The notes under the pieces are model-generated. The model saw only the letters and a program-made list of their open reading frames with translations, had not been told where the DNA came from and searched no databases. Shown here one piece after another: positions 23,734 to 35,505 of a stretch of 64,000 nucleotides of DNA. Within the stretch, counting starts at the first letter, position 1. The number at the start of each line of letters is the position of its first letter. A program made the position numbers and the translations under genes. This stretch comes from a bacterium (GTDB taxonomy: Bacteria > Patescibacteriota > Microgenomatia > UBA1406 > GWC2-37-13): NCBI GenBank assembly GCA_021796235.1, contig JAJYOJ010000002.1, positions 34,660 to 98,659 of the forward strand, written 5' to 3'.

Positions 23734-24620
23734 AAAAAATAGTTTTCTTTCTGATTGTAGGTTTTTTACTCGGGTATTTTGGTCCAAAGCTTACATTGCA
23801 GTTTAAATCTTCCTCGGCGGCAAAAACAGCCGAGCAGGAAAGGAGCGATATTTTTGCGCAAATTAATCCGGAAAAGGGTTATTTATTGAATTCATCATAT
23901 GGTTATCTGGGTCCTAAGATGGTTACTGCAGGCATTATTGACCTTAATAAATTTAAGAACGTATACGCTCAAGCCAATCAAGCTCTAACGCAAAATGAGC
24001 TAAATATTTTGACCAATGGTTCTAATAAGAAAATAGCTATCAACCGCCAAAATTCCTATTTTTTGCTCAATTTTTTTTGGGCGGTAGGCTTAGGGAATAA
24101 GACTAGCATTTTAACCAACGGAGATATGACAAAATACGGTCAAAATCAGGTAGGCAATTTTGCCTCAACGGGCGGCTGGTCGCTGGCCGCGGGTAATCCT
24201 ATTGATTATTACGCAAAGTCGAACCTGGTTTCTCTAACTCCCGCCCAAGAAGCAAAAGTGTTGGCCGTTTCCTCAAACATTTATCGTCCTTGCTGCAATA
24301 ATCCAACGTCTTTTCCGGACTGCAACCACGGAATGGCACTTTTGGGGCTTCTCGAAGTCATGGCGGCTCAAGGATCAAGCGAAAATCAGATGTATGAAGC
24401 AGCCAAATACTTTAATGCCTTTTGGTTTCCAACAAATTATTATGACTTGGCTGTCTATTTCAAAAATAAAGACGGAAAAAGTTTTGCAGAAGTCCCAGGC
24501 GAAGTTATCTTAGGAAAAGACTACTCTTCGGCAACTGGTTGGCAAAATATCAAACAGTGGCTAACTGCAAAAGGAATTGAGCCGCCTCCTTCGTCGCAAG
24601 GCGCGAGTTGCGGAGTATAA
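23730..24620 (+). CDS. Membrane-anchored Cys-motif protein of unknown function within the copper cluster
   Basis: N-terminal TM helix. Contains YRPCCNNPTSFPDCNHGMALLG and a terminal ...GASCGV. Overlaps ccdA by 4 nt. Confidence 0.5.
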   Translation: MKKIVFFLIVGFLLGYFGPKLTLQFKSSSAAKTAEQERSDIFAQINPEKGYLLNSSYGYLGPKMVTAGIIDLNKFKNVYAQANQALTQNELNILTNGSNKKIAINRQNSYFLLNFFWAVGLGNKTSILTNGDMTKYGQNQVGNFASTGGWSLAAGNPIDYYAKSNLVSLTPAQEAKVLAVSSNIYRPCCNNPTSFPDCNHGMALLGLLEVMAAQGSSENQMYEAAKYFNAFWFPTNYYDLAVYFKNKDGKSFAEVPGEVILGKDYSSATGWQNIKQWLTAKGIEPPPSSQGASCGV

Positions 24621-24628
24621 TTTTAATT

Positions 24629-26560
24629 ATGGATCACTCAATGAATCACTCATCCATGCAGCAGGGGGGAGAAGATGCTGCCCGACAATTTTTGCAGAGA
24701 TTTATTATCGTTACGATTCTTCTCGTTCCTCTTATTCTTCTAAACTTCATTAGCTTCAGTTTTAAAAAATATCTGCAGTTTGGAATAGCGACCGGAATTT
24801 TTTATTTTGCCTTAATTTTTTTTGAACACGCAAGGCACGAAATTAAAATGCGGAAGTTTGGAATGATGACTCTAGTTTCTTTAGGCGTCGGATCAGGCTA
24901 TCTCTTTTCAGCTGCTTCGACGTTTATGCCGGTCTTTGCCGGTACAGAATTTTATTTAGAGATATCTACTTTAGTCTGGGTTTTGCTTTTAGGTCACTAT
25001 TTGGAGGCGCGATCTTCCTCGGCGGCCGGAGACTCTCTAGCAGAGGTCGCAAAATTACTGCCAAAACAAGCCCACCTCGTTAAAGGCGACAAACTGGTTG
25101 AAACAGATATTGATAAGTTACAAAAAAACGACATTGTTTTAGTTAAACCTGGTGAAAAAGTTCCTGCCGACGGAACAATTATTTCAGGAAAGGCTAATCT
25201 TAACGAGTCGCTGATCTCCGGCGAAGCAAAACCGGCCGAAAGAAAAGAAAGAGGAAAAGTTATCGCTGGTTCAATTTGTCTGGACGGCGCCTTAAAAATT
25301 AAACTAGAAAAAGTTGGCGAGGATTCAACGATCGGCCAAATTCAGAAGCTGATCGCGCAGGCTAAGGAAACCAAACCGTCAGCTCAAAAAATTGCAGATA
25401 AAGCGGCCTCAATTCTTACATTTACCGCGCTTGGCGTCTCTCTTTTCACTGTTTTTGTCTGGTCATTTCTCGTCGGAAAACCTCTCGTTTTTGCTATACC
25501 CTTAGCAATCACGGTTTTAGTCATCGCTTGCCCGCACGCATTAGGTCTTGCGATTCCGACGGTTTCTACTATAGCTACGACGCTAGCAATTAAAAATGGA
25601 ATATTTATTAAAGACCTGGCAAAACTTGAAGTCGTTAAAAAAATTGGTTATGTGGTTTTTGACAAAACTGGCACATTAACTCAGGGTTCATTTGAGGTCG
25701 TTGATGTTTCAGGAACCGATAAAGATAATCTTATAAAAATAGCTGCTTCGTTAGAAAAATATTCGTCTCACGTAATCGGCAGAGCAATCGTTAAATACGG
25801 AGAAGATAAAAAGATCAAGTTTATTCCCGTTTCCGATTTTAAAAATATTGCCGGAAAAGGAATCTCGGGAAACATTGGAGGTGTAAACTATCTGGTTGGT
25901 AATGCAACTTTAATGAAAGAAAAAAACCTTTCAAATGAGAAAAAAGGCGCAGATACCGCAGTCTATGTTTCTGACAATAAAAGGGTATTAGGATCCATAG
26001 TTCTGGCCGATAAGATTAAAAGAGAATCTTTTTCGGCGGTTGAAAAACTCCATGGTTTGGGAGTAAAAGTCGCAATGTTGACTGGCGATAACGAAAGGGT
26101 TGCAAAAACGGTTGCGGAAAAGCTTGGAATCGATACTTACTTCGCCAGGGTTTTGCCCGAGGATAAATATAAATACATTAAATCCCTGCAGCCAGATGGC
26201 AATAAAGTAATGATGGTGGGAGACGGAGTGAATGATGCTCCGGCTTTGACCCAGGCAGATGTCGGCGTTGCTATTGGAGCCGGTACTGACGTTGCAGTTG
26301 AGGCGGGGGACATTGTTTTAACCCGCAATAATCCGGAGGATATCGCAAGGCTAATTATTTTAGCCCGAAAAGTTTATCGGAAGATGGTTGAGAATTTACT
26401 TTGGGCTACGGGTTATAATGTCCTGGCAATTCCGGCCGCAGCCGGTCTTTTTGCTTCTTGGGGAATTTTTTTAAAACCGGAAATCGGAGCGATTTTAATG
26501 AGTCTGTCTTCAGTAATTGTTGTTGCCAACGCACTGACTCTTCGGCGTGATAGACTATAG
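24629..26560 (+). CDS. Heavy-metal (copper) translocating P1B-type ATPase with CPH motif
   Basis: ACPHALGLAIP, DKTGTLT, MLTGDN and GDGVNDAPAL motifs. His/Met-rich N-terminus MDHSMNHSSMQQ. Confidence 0.9.
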   Translation: MDHSMNHSSMQQGGEDAARQFLQRFIIVTILLVPLILLNFISFSFKKYLQFGIATGIFYFALIFFEHARHEIKMRKFGMMTLVSLGVGSGYLFSAASTFMPVFAGTEFYLEISTLVWVLLLGHYLEARSSSAAGDSLAEVAKLLPKQAHLVKGDKLVETDIDKLQKNDIVLVKPGEKVPADGTIISGKANLNESLISGEAKPAERKERGKVIAGSICLDGALKIKLEKVGEDSTIGQIQKLIAQAKETKPSAQKIADKAASILTFTALGVSLFTVFVWSFLVGKPLVFAIPLAITVLVIACPHALGLAIPTVSTIATTLAIKNGIFIKDLAKLEVVKKIGYVVFDKTGTLTQGSFEVVDVSGTDKDNLIKIAASLEKYSSHVIGRAIVKYGEDKKIKFIPVSDFKNIAGKGISGNIGGVNYLVGNATLMKEKNLSNEKKGADTAVYVSDNKRVLGSIVLADKIKRESFSAVEKLHGLGVKVAMLTGDNERVAKTVAEKLGIDTYFARVLPEDKYKYIKSLQPDGNKVMMVGDGVNDAPALTQADVGVAIGAGTDVAVEAGDIVLTRNNPEDIARLIILARKVYRKMVENLLWATGYNVLAIPAAAGLFASWGIFLKPEIGAILMSLSSVIVVANALTLRRDRL

Positions 26561-26564
26561 TTAA

Positions 26565-28436
26565 ATGCGTAAAGCCTTAACTTTGGTTGTTTTATTCCTG
26601 GTTTTAAGTTTATGCGGGAATGTTTGGGTTGCAACCAAATCCTATTATTTTCCCAAAGTTAGCGTTAATGTTCAAATAAATAAAGACGGTAGTTTTTTAG
26701 TACGCGAAGAAAGACAGGCGTATTTTTCAGGCTCATATAGCCGTATTTACTGGGATATTCCACTTAAGTCTGGTCAAGGAATAGAAGACGTTAATTTTTT
26801 TGAGGAAAATAATGGTCAAGAAACCCCTTACAACAAGCTTCAAACTACAGATACTAGTCGGCCCGTAAGTAATTATGCGGTTGTCCAATATTATGGTTAT
26901 ACTCACATAGAGGCTTATTTTAGCGCTAATAACGAATACAAAACTTTTTTACTTACCTACAAAGTTTTGGGCGGAATTACTAAATACAAAGATGTAGCTG
27001 ATTTTTATTGGCAGATCATAGGTTCAGGCTGGGCTGCAAAAACAGATTTAGTTAAGACGACAGTCAGACTTCCAAATAAAGTACAGATAAGTGACATTAA
27101 GGTCTGGGGACATGGTCCATTAAATGGAAGAGCTAAGATAGTTGACGGTCAGACTGCAACATTTAGCGCCAACAATCTTGCGCAAAATAAATTTTTTGAA
27201 ATCAGGGTTGTTTTCCCTGCAAATTTGATAGACGGTATGCCTAAAGGTGAAGATGGTCTTGCTAAAATCCAGACAGAAGAATTAAATTTTCAAAATAAAA
27301 CAAAGTTAGAGAATCAACTTAAAGTTTTTGGGCTTTTTGGATTGGGAATAGGAGTAATTCTTTGGATAGCGTTCTCGTTTATTATCTGGGAGAAGGAGGG
27401 AAAAGAATATAAAGTAGTTGATGTCCCCGATCATCTGCCGTTTCCACCCAGCCAGATTTCTCCAGCGCTTGTTGAAACCTTGGTCAGTCAAGAACAAAGG
27501 GTGACTCCGAATTCGTTTTCTGCAACGATCTTGTATCTTGGAAAAAAACACGTGCTTCGGATCGAAGAGCAACCTTATGATAGTGGAGGATTCTTAGGTA
27601 TCGGCGGCGGGAGAAAATATAGATATATCCTTCATCTATACCGCGACGTCAATGATTTCAAGAAGCTTTCACCAGCCGAGCTCTTGGTTTTTGAATTTAT
27701 TGAAGGTTTTTGCACCGATGGGAAAACTGTTTCGTTTGATGATATGAAGGACCAAATGAAAGATCAACCAGTTTCCACTTATGATTTTTTCAAATCCTGG
27801 AAAAATGAAGTTAAAAAAGAGGCAGACGAGGCTAATTTCGTTGAGGATAAAAGCAAAAAATGGCAGATGATTTTTACCGTTTCAACGGTTTTATTTATCA
27901 TTGGTTTTTTAACTGCTTTAAGTTACATTCTAGGCTTTCCGATGCCTATTGGCGGCCTCTTTAGTGTATATATTTGGTCCGGAATTTTTTTAGGTGCATT
28001 TTTATATTTTATTGGACGAATTTTTTTACGCTGGTCAAAATCCGCTGAAGTTGAGGCAAAAAAATGGTTGGCATTCAAAAAATTTATAAGTAATATCGCG
28101 AGTTTTAAAGACGAACTTCCCCAAGCTGTTGTCATCTGGGAAGATATACTGATTTATGGCACGGCATTAGGCGTCGCTAAGAAGGTGATTCAAAATCTGC
28201 CTTTAATTTTAGCCTATGCTCATACAACAACTTATCCGTACTGGTATTATTCAAGCGGCGGGACCGGTTCGTTTACCGGTTCGTCGGGACTGGGGCTGGA
28301 TTTTTCAACCAGCTTGTCGCAAAGTCTTACCTCTTTGAATACGGCATTTACATCTTCATTTAGCAGCGGTGCGGGAGGCGGATTTTCGGGGGGCGGCGGG
28401 GGAGGTGGAGGCGGCGGGGGAGGCGGAGCAGATTAA
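26565..28436 (+). CDS. DUF2207-family membrane protein with poly-Gly C-terminal tail
   Basis: Signal peptide, a large ectodomain, several TM helices and a terminal GGGFSGGGGGGGGGGGGGAD, typical of DUF2207. Confidence 0.65.
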   Translation: MRKALTLVVLFLVLSLCGNVWVATKSYYFPKVSVNVQINKDGSFLVREERQAYFSGSYSRIYWDIPLKSGQGIEDVNFFEENNGQETPYNKLQTTDTSRPVSNYAVVQYYGYTHIEAYFSANNEYKTFLLTYKVLGGITKYKDVADFYWQIIGSGWAAKTDLVKTTVRLPNKVQISDIKVWGHGPLNGRAKIVDGQTATFSANNLAQNKFFEIRVVFPANLIDGMPKGEDGLAKIQTEELNFQNKTKLENQLKVFGLFGLGIGVILWIAFSFIIWEKEGKEYKVVDVPDHLPFPPSQISPALVETLVSQEQRVTPNSFSATILYLGKKHVLRIEEQPYDSGGFLGIGGGRKYRYILHLYRDVNDFKKLSPAELLVFEFIEGFCTDGKTVSFDDMKDQMKDQPVSTYDFFKSWKNEVKKEADEANFVEDKSKKWQMIFTVSTVLFIIGFLTALSYILGFPMPIGGLFSVYIWSGIFLGAFLYFIGRIFLRWSKSAEVEAKKWLAFKKFISNIASFKDELPQAVVIWEDILIYGTALGVAKKVIQNLPLILAYAHTTTYPYWYYSSGGTGSFTGSSGLGLDFSTSLSQSLTSLNTAFTSSFSSGAGGGFSGGGGGGGGGGGGGAD

Positions 28437-28495
28437 AAAACCAGATCAATAAGCTGAAGCAAAGTTAAAGGATATTTTCGTGCTGGACAACGAAA

Positions 28496-29026
28496 TTATA
28501 AAGGCCGTTTTCTGAAGTTTCTGAACATGGACAAGAGCAGTAATTTGCTTATCATAAAACCCATAACTGATCCTCCAGCAATATCCAAAAGAAAATGACA
28601 TTGAAGATAAATTCTTGATAGAGCAATTAAAACCGCAACTAAAAAATACCCCCATTTCCTTTTTTTGTCAAATTCGGCGAGGATAGTGGCCGAAGCAAAG
28701 GCGATTGTCGCATGCCCGGAGGGAAATGAGAAATCGGTACCGCAAAGAGTTGATGGTCTAGCCCGTCGGAAAATGTCCTTTAAAACAAAAACCGCAAGTA
28801 AGCTGATTGCTATAGAAACCAAAAAATAGATAATAAATTTTTTATCGATTTTTTCTTCGAAGAAAATGAGAAGAATTATAATGACAATCCAAATCGGAAG
28901 TGAGTTAGTCCGGATCGATAGGAAAGAAAAGAATTGATTAAATAGCCAATTATGGGGAATCAATCGATTAATAAATTGGGTTAATTGTTGATCAAAAGTC
29001 AGTATAGATGAAAATATCATGAGCAT
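28496..29026 (-). CDS. PAP2-family phosphatase
   Basis: KDIFRRARP, FPSGHA and SRIYLQCHFLLD are the three PAP2 motifs. Confidence 0.85.
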   Translation of the reverse strand: MLMIFSSILTFDQQLTQFINRLIPHNWLFNQFFSFLSIRTNSLPIWIVIIILLIFFEEKIDKKFIIYFLVSIAISLLAVFVLKDIFRRARPSTLCGTDFSFPSGHATIAFASATILAEFDKKRKWGYFLVAVLIALSRIYLQCHFLLDIAGGSVMGFMISKLLLLSMFRNFRKRPL

Positions 29027-29534
29027 AGCCTTTTTTAATTGTCTCAAATTTTTTAAGACTTTTAATAGGATACATATACGAAATGACCGAGAATTTTTTA
29101 ATTTTTAATTTTAAGTTTTTAATCACTTTTTCCAGAAACCAGGGGGAGATATAAAGGAAGATTATCAGATTTGATATTTTAGATTTAAGATCTATCTTAA
29201 ACATATCAGCCCATACGATTTTTATATTTTTTTTATTCGGGTGAAAAAGATGACGGATATTCAGGATGAGAATAAGAACGGGATTTATTTCGACGGCAAC
29301 AAACTGCGTATTTAATTTTTTTTGTTGAGCCTGCTTAGCCGTTGCAAATATAACCGATCCATCACCAGCACCCAAATCATAAATAATTTGATTATTTTTC
29401 AGGTTAAAGCTTTTTATAATAAGAGGAATATCACGCTTATTGGTGGGAAAGTAGGGAATAGGTGAGAGTTTGTGAGAGGAAAAGAGAATAATTACGATAA
29501 AAAGAGTAATAATAAACAAAAAAAGAAAAATCAT
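28992..29534 (-). CDS. Membrane-anchored class I SAM-dependent methyltransferase
   Basis: N-terminal TM helix. Motif I is IIYDLGAGDGSVIF. Confidence 0.65.
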   Translation of the reverse strand: MIFLFLFIITLFIVIILFSSHKLSPIPYFPTNKRDIPLIIKSFNLKNNQIIYDLGAGDGSVIFATAKQAQQKKLNTQFVAVEINPVLILILNIRHLFHPNKKNIKIVWADMFKIDLKSKISNLIIFLYISPWFLEKVIKNLKLKIKKFSVISYMYPIKSLKKFETIKKGYAHDIFIYTDF

Positions 29535-29593
29535 GTTGTTTCATATTGTACCATTTGACAAAATCTTTATTCTCTGTTACAAATAAATCCTAA

Positions 29594-32192
<2,599 letters not shown>

Positions 32193-32202
32193 TAAATTGG
32201 AT

Positions 32203-33255
32203 ATGTTAGTAATAAAAAAAACAGGCTTAACTTTTGACGATCTTCTGTTAGTTCCGAAAAAAACCGCTCTTGTTTCTCGTTCGGATGTCGATTTATCGAC
32301 CTATTTTACGCCAAAGATAAAACTTAAAATTCCGTTTGTTTCAGCTAATATGGATACGGTGACCGAGTCGGCTATGGCGATTGCTTTAGCAAAAGAAGGC
32401 GGTATCGGGGTTATTCACAGATTTTTAACAATCGAGCAGGAAGTCAATGAGGTTAAGCTGGTAAAAAAACAGGGTTTAAAAGTCGCGGCCGCAATAGGTA
32501 TTTCAGACGACTGCAAAGAACGGACAGCGGCTTTAGTGAAAGCCAAAACCGACGCTATAGTTATCGATATTGCACACGGTCATAGCGCATTTTTGCTTTC
32601 GGTTTTAAAGGATTTGGTAAAAAAATACCCCAAGGTGGAATTTATTGCCGGTAATGTCGCGACCGCCGAGGGAGCAGCCGAACTGGTAAAAAACGGAGCC
32701 TCTTCGGTAAAAGTCGGGATCGGACCCGGGGCTTTATGTACGACTAGAGTCGTTACCGGTGCAGGTGTTCCGCAAATGACCGCAGTTGACGACTGTGCAA
32801 GAGCCGTTGGAGCTAATGTTCCGATCATAGCCGATGGCGGAATTAGAATGTCAGGTGATGTCGTTAAGGCTCTGGCGGCTGGAGCTTCAAGCGTTATGAT
32901 CGGCGCTATGTTCGCCGGTTGTGATGAAAGCCCCGCCCTGACAATTTATCGAAATAACAGAAAATTCAAACTAACTCGCGGCATGGCATCGTTACTGGCC
33001 AATTATGACCGCCAGAAAAATGAGGGGAAGATCCGGAAAGATTTAAAAGCTTATGCTGCCGAGGGTGTTGAAGCGATTGTGCCGTACAGAGGTTCTGTGG
33101 TTGATCTGTTAAAACAATTCTTAGGCGGAATACGTTCGGGTTTTTCCTATTGTGGTTCAAAAGATATTAAAGAACTTTGGGAAAAAGCTGAGTTTATTCA
33201 GATCACGCAAAGTTCGCTTATCGAATCAAAGCCGCATGATGTGGAAGTGTTATAA
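32203..33255 (+). CDS. IMP dehydrogenase/GMP reductase family protein lacking the CBS subdomain
   Basis: [21 protein letters not shown] and IADGGIR motifs. About 350 aa, so there is no Bateman insert. IMPDH versus GMP reductase cannot be decided by eye. Confidence 0.8.
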   Translation: MLVIKKTGLTFDDLLLVPKKTALVSRSDVDLSTYFTPKIKLKIPFVSANMDTVTESAMAIALAKEGGIGVIHRFLTIEQEVNEVKLVKKQGLKVAAAIGISDDCKERTAALVKAKTDAIVIDIAHGHSAFLLSVLKDLVKKYPKVEFIAGNVATAEGAAELVKNGASSVKVGIGPGALCTTRVVTGAGVPQMTAVDDCARAVGANVPIIADGGIRMSGDVVKALAAGASSVMIGAMFAGCDESPALTIYRNNRKFKLTRGMASLLANYDRQKNEGKIRKDLKAYAAEGVEAIVPYRGSVVDLLKQFLGGIRSGFSYCGSKDIKELWEKAEFIQITQSSLIESKPHDVEVL

Positions 33256-33326
33256 AAGGCTTGACAGTAATAAAAAATGTGTAATAATAATATATGGGTG
33301 TCAGCCAAAAAGACATCAAAAATTAG

Positions 33327-33351
33327 ATCGGCCACTGCGGCCGATTTTTTT
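33327..33351 (+). terminator. Intrinsic terminator after the purB-purA-IMPDH-like operon
   Basis: atcggcc-actgc-ggccgat followed by T6. Confidence 0.7.
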
Positions 33352-33372
33352 ATAAGTTAAAGAGGCTTAATT

Positions 33373-33975
33373 ATGTCAGCTGAACTGAAAGGAATTGATT
33401 TAACAACTTTGACTCCGGAAATGTTTAAACCAGGTGAGATTTTAATTCATAATAAAGATGTAACAAAAAGATTGAAAGAGCTGGGTCCTTATATAGCCGA
33501 AAGATTTAAAGGTCAAAATTTATTAGTAGTTGGTGTATTAAAAGGAGCTGGAATGGTTACTCACGATCTTATAAGCGAAGCTGAGGAGGCCGGTTTAGAT
33601 GACGTCACCTTAGACTATTTAACTATAGAAAGTTACGGCAGTTCAACTCAAAGTTCTGGCAATATCGGGTTGGTTTACGATTTAAACCCCAATACGCAAG
33701 TCGTCGGAAGGCGTGTATTAATAGTAGAAGATATTGCAGACACCAATAGAAGTCTTGCTTTTTTGCAAACCCATATGCAAAGCAAAGGGGCCGCTTCTGT
33801 TAGTATGTTTACTTTATTAGAAAAACCATCTAGACATGAATTTCCTTTTGATATAGATTATGTTGGTTTTAAAATTGCAAATATCTTTGTCCAAGGTTAC
33901 GGGTTGGATTATCAACAATATGGAAGATTTAAGAAAAACATTATCGTCGGTCCTTTTATCCCACCAGGCAGATGA
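33373..33975 (+). CDS. hpt: Hypoxanthine(-guanine) phosphoribosyltransferase
   Basis: The PRPP-binding motif VLIVEDIADTNRSL and the overall length fit the 6-oxopurine PRTases. Confidence 0.8.
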   Translation: MSAELKGIDLTTLTPEMFKPGEILIHNKDVTKRLKELGPYIAERFKGQNLLVVGVLKGAGMVTHDLISEAEEAGLDDVTLDYLTIESYGSSTQSSGNIGLVYDLNPNTQVVGRRVLIVEDIADTNRSLAFLQTHMQSKGAASVSMFTLLEKPSRHEFPFDIDYVGFKIANIFVQGYGLDYQQYGRFKKNIIVGPFIPPGR

Positions 33976-34012
33976 TACGTTGATACACTAGCAGACTTAT
34001 AATTTATTGTTG

Positions 34013-34097
34013 TGCCGGGGGAGGGAGTCGAACCCTCATGAGAATAAATCCTCATAGGTTTTTGAGACCTACGCGTCTGCCATTCCGCCACCCCGGC
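34013..34097 (-). tRNA. tRNA-Leu (anticodon CAA)
   Basis: Acceptor GCCGGGG/CCCCGGC, anticodon stem TAGGT/ACCTA with loop CTCAAAA, a long variable arm, T arm GAGGG-TTCGACT-CCCTC. Confidence 0.85.
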
Positions 34098-34173
34098 TTA
34101 TTCGTCTGCTCCTTCATTGCATTCAGGACTAACTCGCAGTAATGCTCACATTGTTCGCAAACTGTGAGTTGAG

Positions 34174-34190
34174 CATTCCGCCACCCCGGC
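34174..34190 (-). repeat. 17-nt duplicate of the tRNA-Leu 5' end (non-functional fragment)
   Basis: cattccgccaccccggc at 34174-34190 is identical to 34081-34097. No T arm or anticodon arm follows it. Confidence 0.85.
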
Positions 34191-34221
34191 CGTACACAAA
34201 TTATATCAGCTGAAAATGCTC

Positions 34222-34250
34222 TTGACAAATTTTCTAAAAGTCTTTAATAT
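34222..34250 (+). promoter_or_regulatory. Sigma70-type promoter upstream of the pyr cluster
   Basis: TTGACA (34222-34227), a 17-bp spacer, then TAATAT (34245-34250). Confidence 0.6.
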
Positions 34251-34300
34251 CTTTATTTCAGAATATGAAAATTCTGAAATTAAAATTTATAAGACAAATG

Positions 34301-34325
34301 ATCCGCCGAAGGGCGGATTTTTTTT
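34301..34325 (+). terminator. Intrinsic terminator in the pyr leader
   Basis: atccgcc-gaag-ggcggat followed by T7. It is preceded by a perfect 9-bp hairpin, tttcagaat-atgaaa-attctgaaa (34256-34279). Confidence 0.7.
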
Positions 34326-34344
34326 ATTTCTTATTTATTCAATT

Positions 34345-34581
34345 ATGATTGATAAATTACAACTTTCCCGTAAGTCTCCCGAAGATATAATTGGTGCTGC
34401 TGATAAAGGTCAACTTAACAGTTTAGCAGTAGCAATATTTTGTGGTCCCGGTTCTCCAAGACATATGACAAAGCATCCTCTGATTTGGCAACACGACGCT
34501 GGCGAGTTGGTAGAGATTGAGGACTGTCGGAAATGTGGATCTTTATCTATATGTCAGGCAAAACCATTATTTAGGTTTTAA
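34345..34581 (+). CDS. 78-aa ORF, possibly a degenerate remnant of the PyrK (DHODH-B electron-transfer subunit) C-terminus
   Basis: AVAIFCGPGSPRHM resembles the CGPxxM motif of ferredoxin-reductase-type NAD domains. EDCRKCGSLSIC is a Cys cluster in the position of the PyrK 2Fe-2S motif, but with different spacing. The ORF lies immediately upstream of pyrD. Confidence 0.3.
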   Translation: MIDKLQLSRKSPEDIIGAADKGQLNSLAVAIFCGPGSPRHMTKHPLIWQHDAGELVEIEDCRKCGSLSICQAKPLFRF

Positions 34582-34582
34582 T

Positions 34583-35500
34583 ATGAATATTCATTTGAAA
34601 ACGAAATTTTGTGGAGTTCTTTTTTCAACTCCCTTAGTGTCGCTTTCCGGAATTGTGGTTGATATCTCTGGTAATACCAGGTTGGCAAAGTTTAAGGGCA
34701 TCGGAGGAATTACAACTAAGTCGGCTAGTATTTTACCCCGGGAAGGACATCCGATTCCGCGTATCGCCAGTTTCGGGGCAGGATATTTGAATAATGTCGG
34801 TCTGCGAAATCCCGGCATCGATAAAAGCGTTAAAGAGCTAATCGAATTAAAAAAAACCACAAAAAAACCAATAATCGCCTCGATAGTCGGTTTTCAACTT
34901 CAGGAGTTACCAATCCTTGCCCAAAAAATTGCTGCAGCAAAACCGGAATTTATCGAGCTAAATCTTTCTTGTCCCAATGTCGATGATGAGGCAGGAAAAC
35001 CAATCGCTTCCGATCCATTGCTGTCGGCGATTGCTGTTTCCGAAGTAAAAAAAGTTGTTAAAAACATTCCCATCATTGCTAAATTGACCCCGAATGTTGT
35101 TGACATAAAGAAAGTTGCGTATGAAGTTGAAGAAGCAGGAGTTGATGCGATTTCAGCTATAAATACGGTCGGCCCCGGCATGCTGATCGATTTCAAAAGA
35201 CGAAGAGCGGTTTTAGGAAGCAGGGTAGGCGGAGTTTCTGGTGCGGCGATCAAGCCGGTAGCTTTACGCTGTGTCAATGATATTTATAAAACAGTTAAGG
35301 TGCCGATTTTGGGTATGGGAGGCATTGAAACCGGTAGGGACGCTCTAGAAATGATTATGGCCGGAGCAACCTTGGTAGGAGTTGGGTCTGCAATCTATAA
35401 AGGTGGACAACAGGTATTTGATAAAATATTTTCCGAGATGCAAGAACTTTGCCAGGAAGAAAAAATCGGGTCATTAAAAAAAATTAGAGGAATTATTTAA
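34583..35500 (+). CDS. pyrD: Dihydroorotate dehydrogenase, class 1
   Basis: ELNLSCPNV (catalytic Cys type), NTVGPGM, GGVSGAAIKP and GMGGIETGRDALEMIMAGA motifs. ATG at 34583. Confidence 0.9.
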   Translation: MNIHLKTKFCGVLFSTPLVSLSGIVVDISGNTRLAKFKGIGGITTKSASILPREGHPIPRIASFGAGYLNNVGLRNPGIDKSVKELIELKKTTKKPIIASIVGFQLQELPILAQKIAAAKPEFIELNLSCPNVDDEAGKPIASDPLLSAIAVSEVKKVVKNIPIIAKLTPNVVDIKKVAYEVEEAGVDAISAINTVGPGMLIDFKRRRAVLGSRVGGVSGAAIKPVALRCVNDIYKTVKVPILGMGGIETGRDALEMIMAGATLVGVGSAIYKGGQQVFDKIFSEMQELCQEEKIGSLKKIRGII

Positions 35501-35505
35501 CACCT

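Noticed and set aside
28370-28433. GC-rich G-run, considered as another copy of the GC-rich repeat families.
   Set aside because: It encodes the poly-Gly C-terminal tail typical of DUF2207 proteins. It has no similarity to family 1 or family 2.
33261-33372. Purine riboswitch or attenuator upstream of hpt (a TTGACA-like box at 33261, then a terminator at 33327-33351).
   Set aside because: The leader is too short and lacks the conserved guanine/adenine riboswitch junction sequences. The hairpin is most simply the terminator of the upstream purB-purA-IMPDH-like operon, and the -10 element is weak (ATAATA).
34216-34344. N-terminal part of track ORF 34216..34581 (121 aa).
   Set aside because: This part runs straight through a consensus promoter, a perfect hairpin and an intrinsic terminator. 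Only the portion from the ATG at 34345 is plausible as coding.
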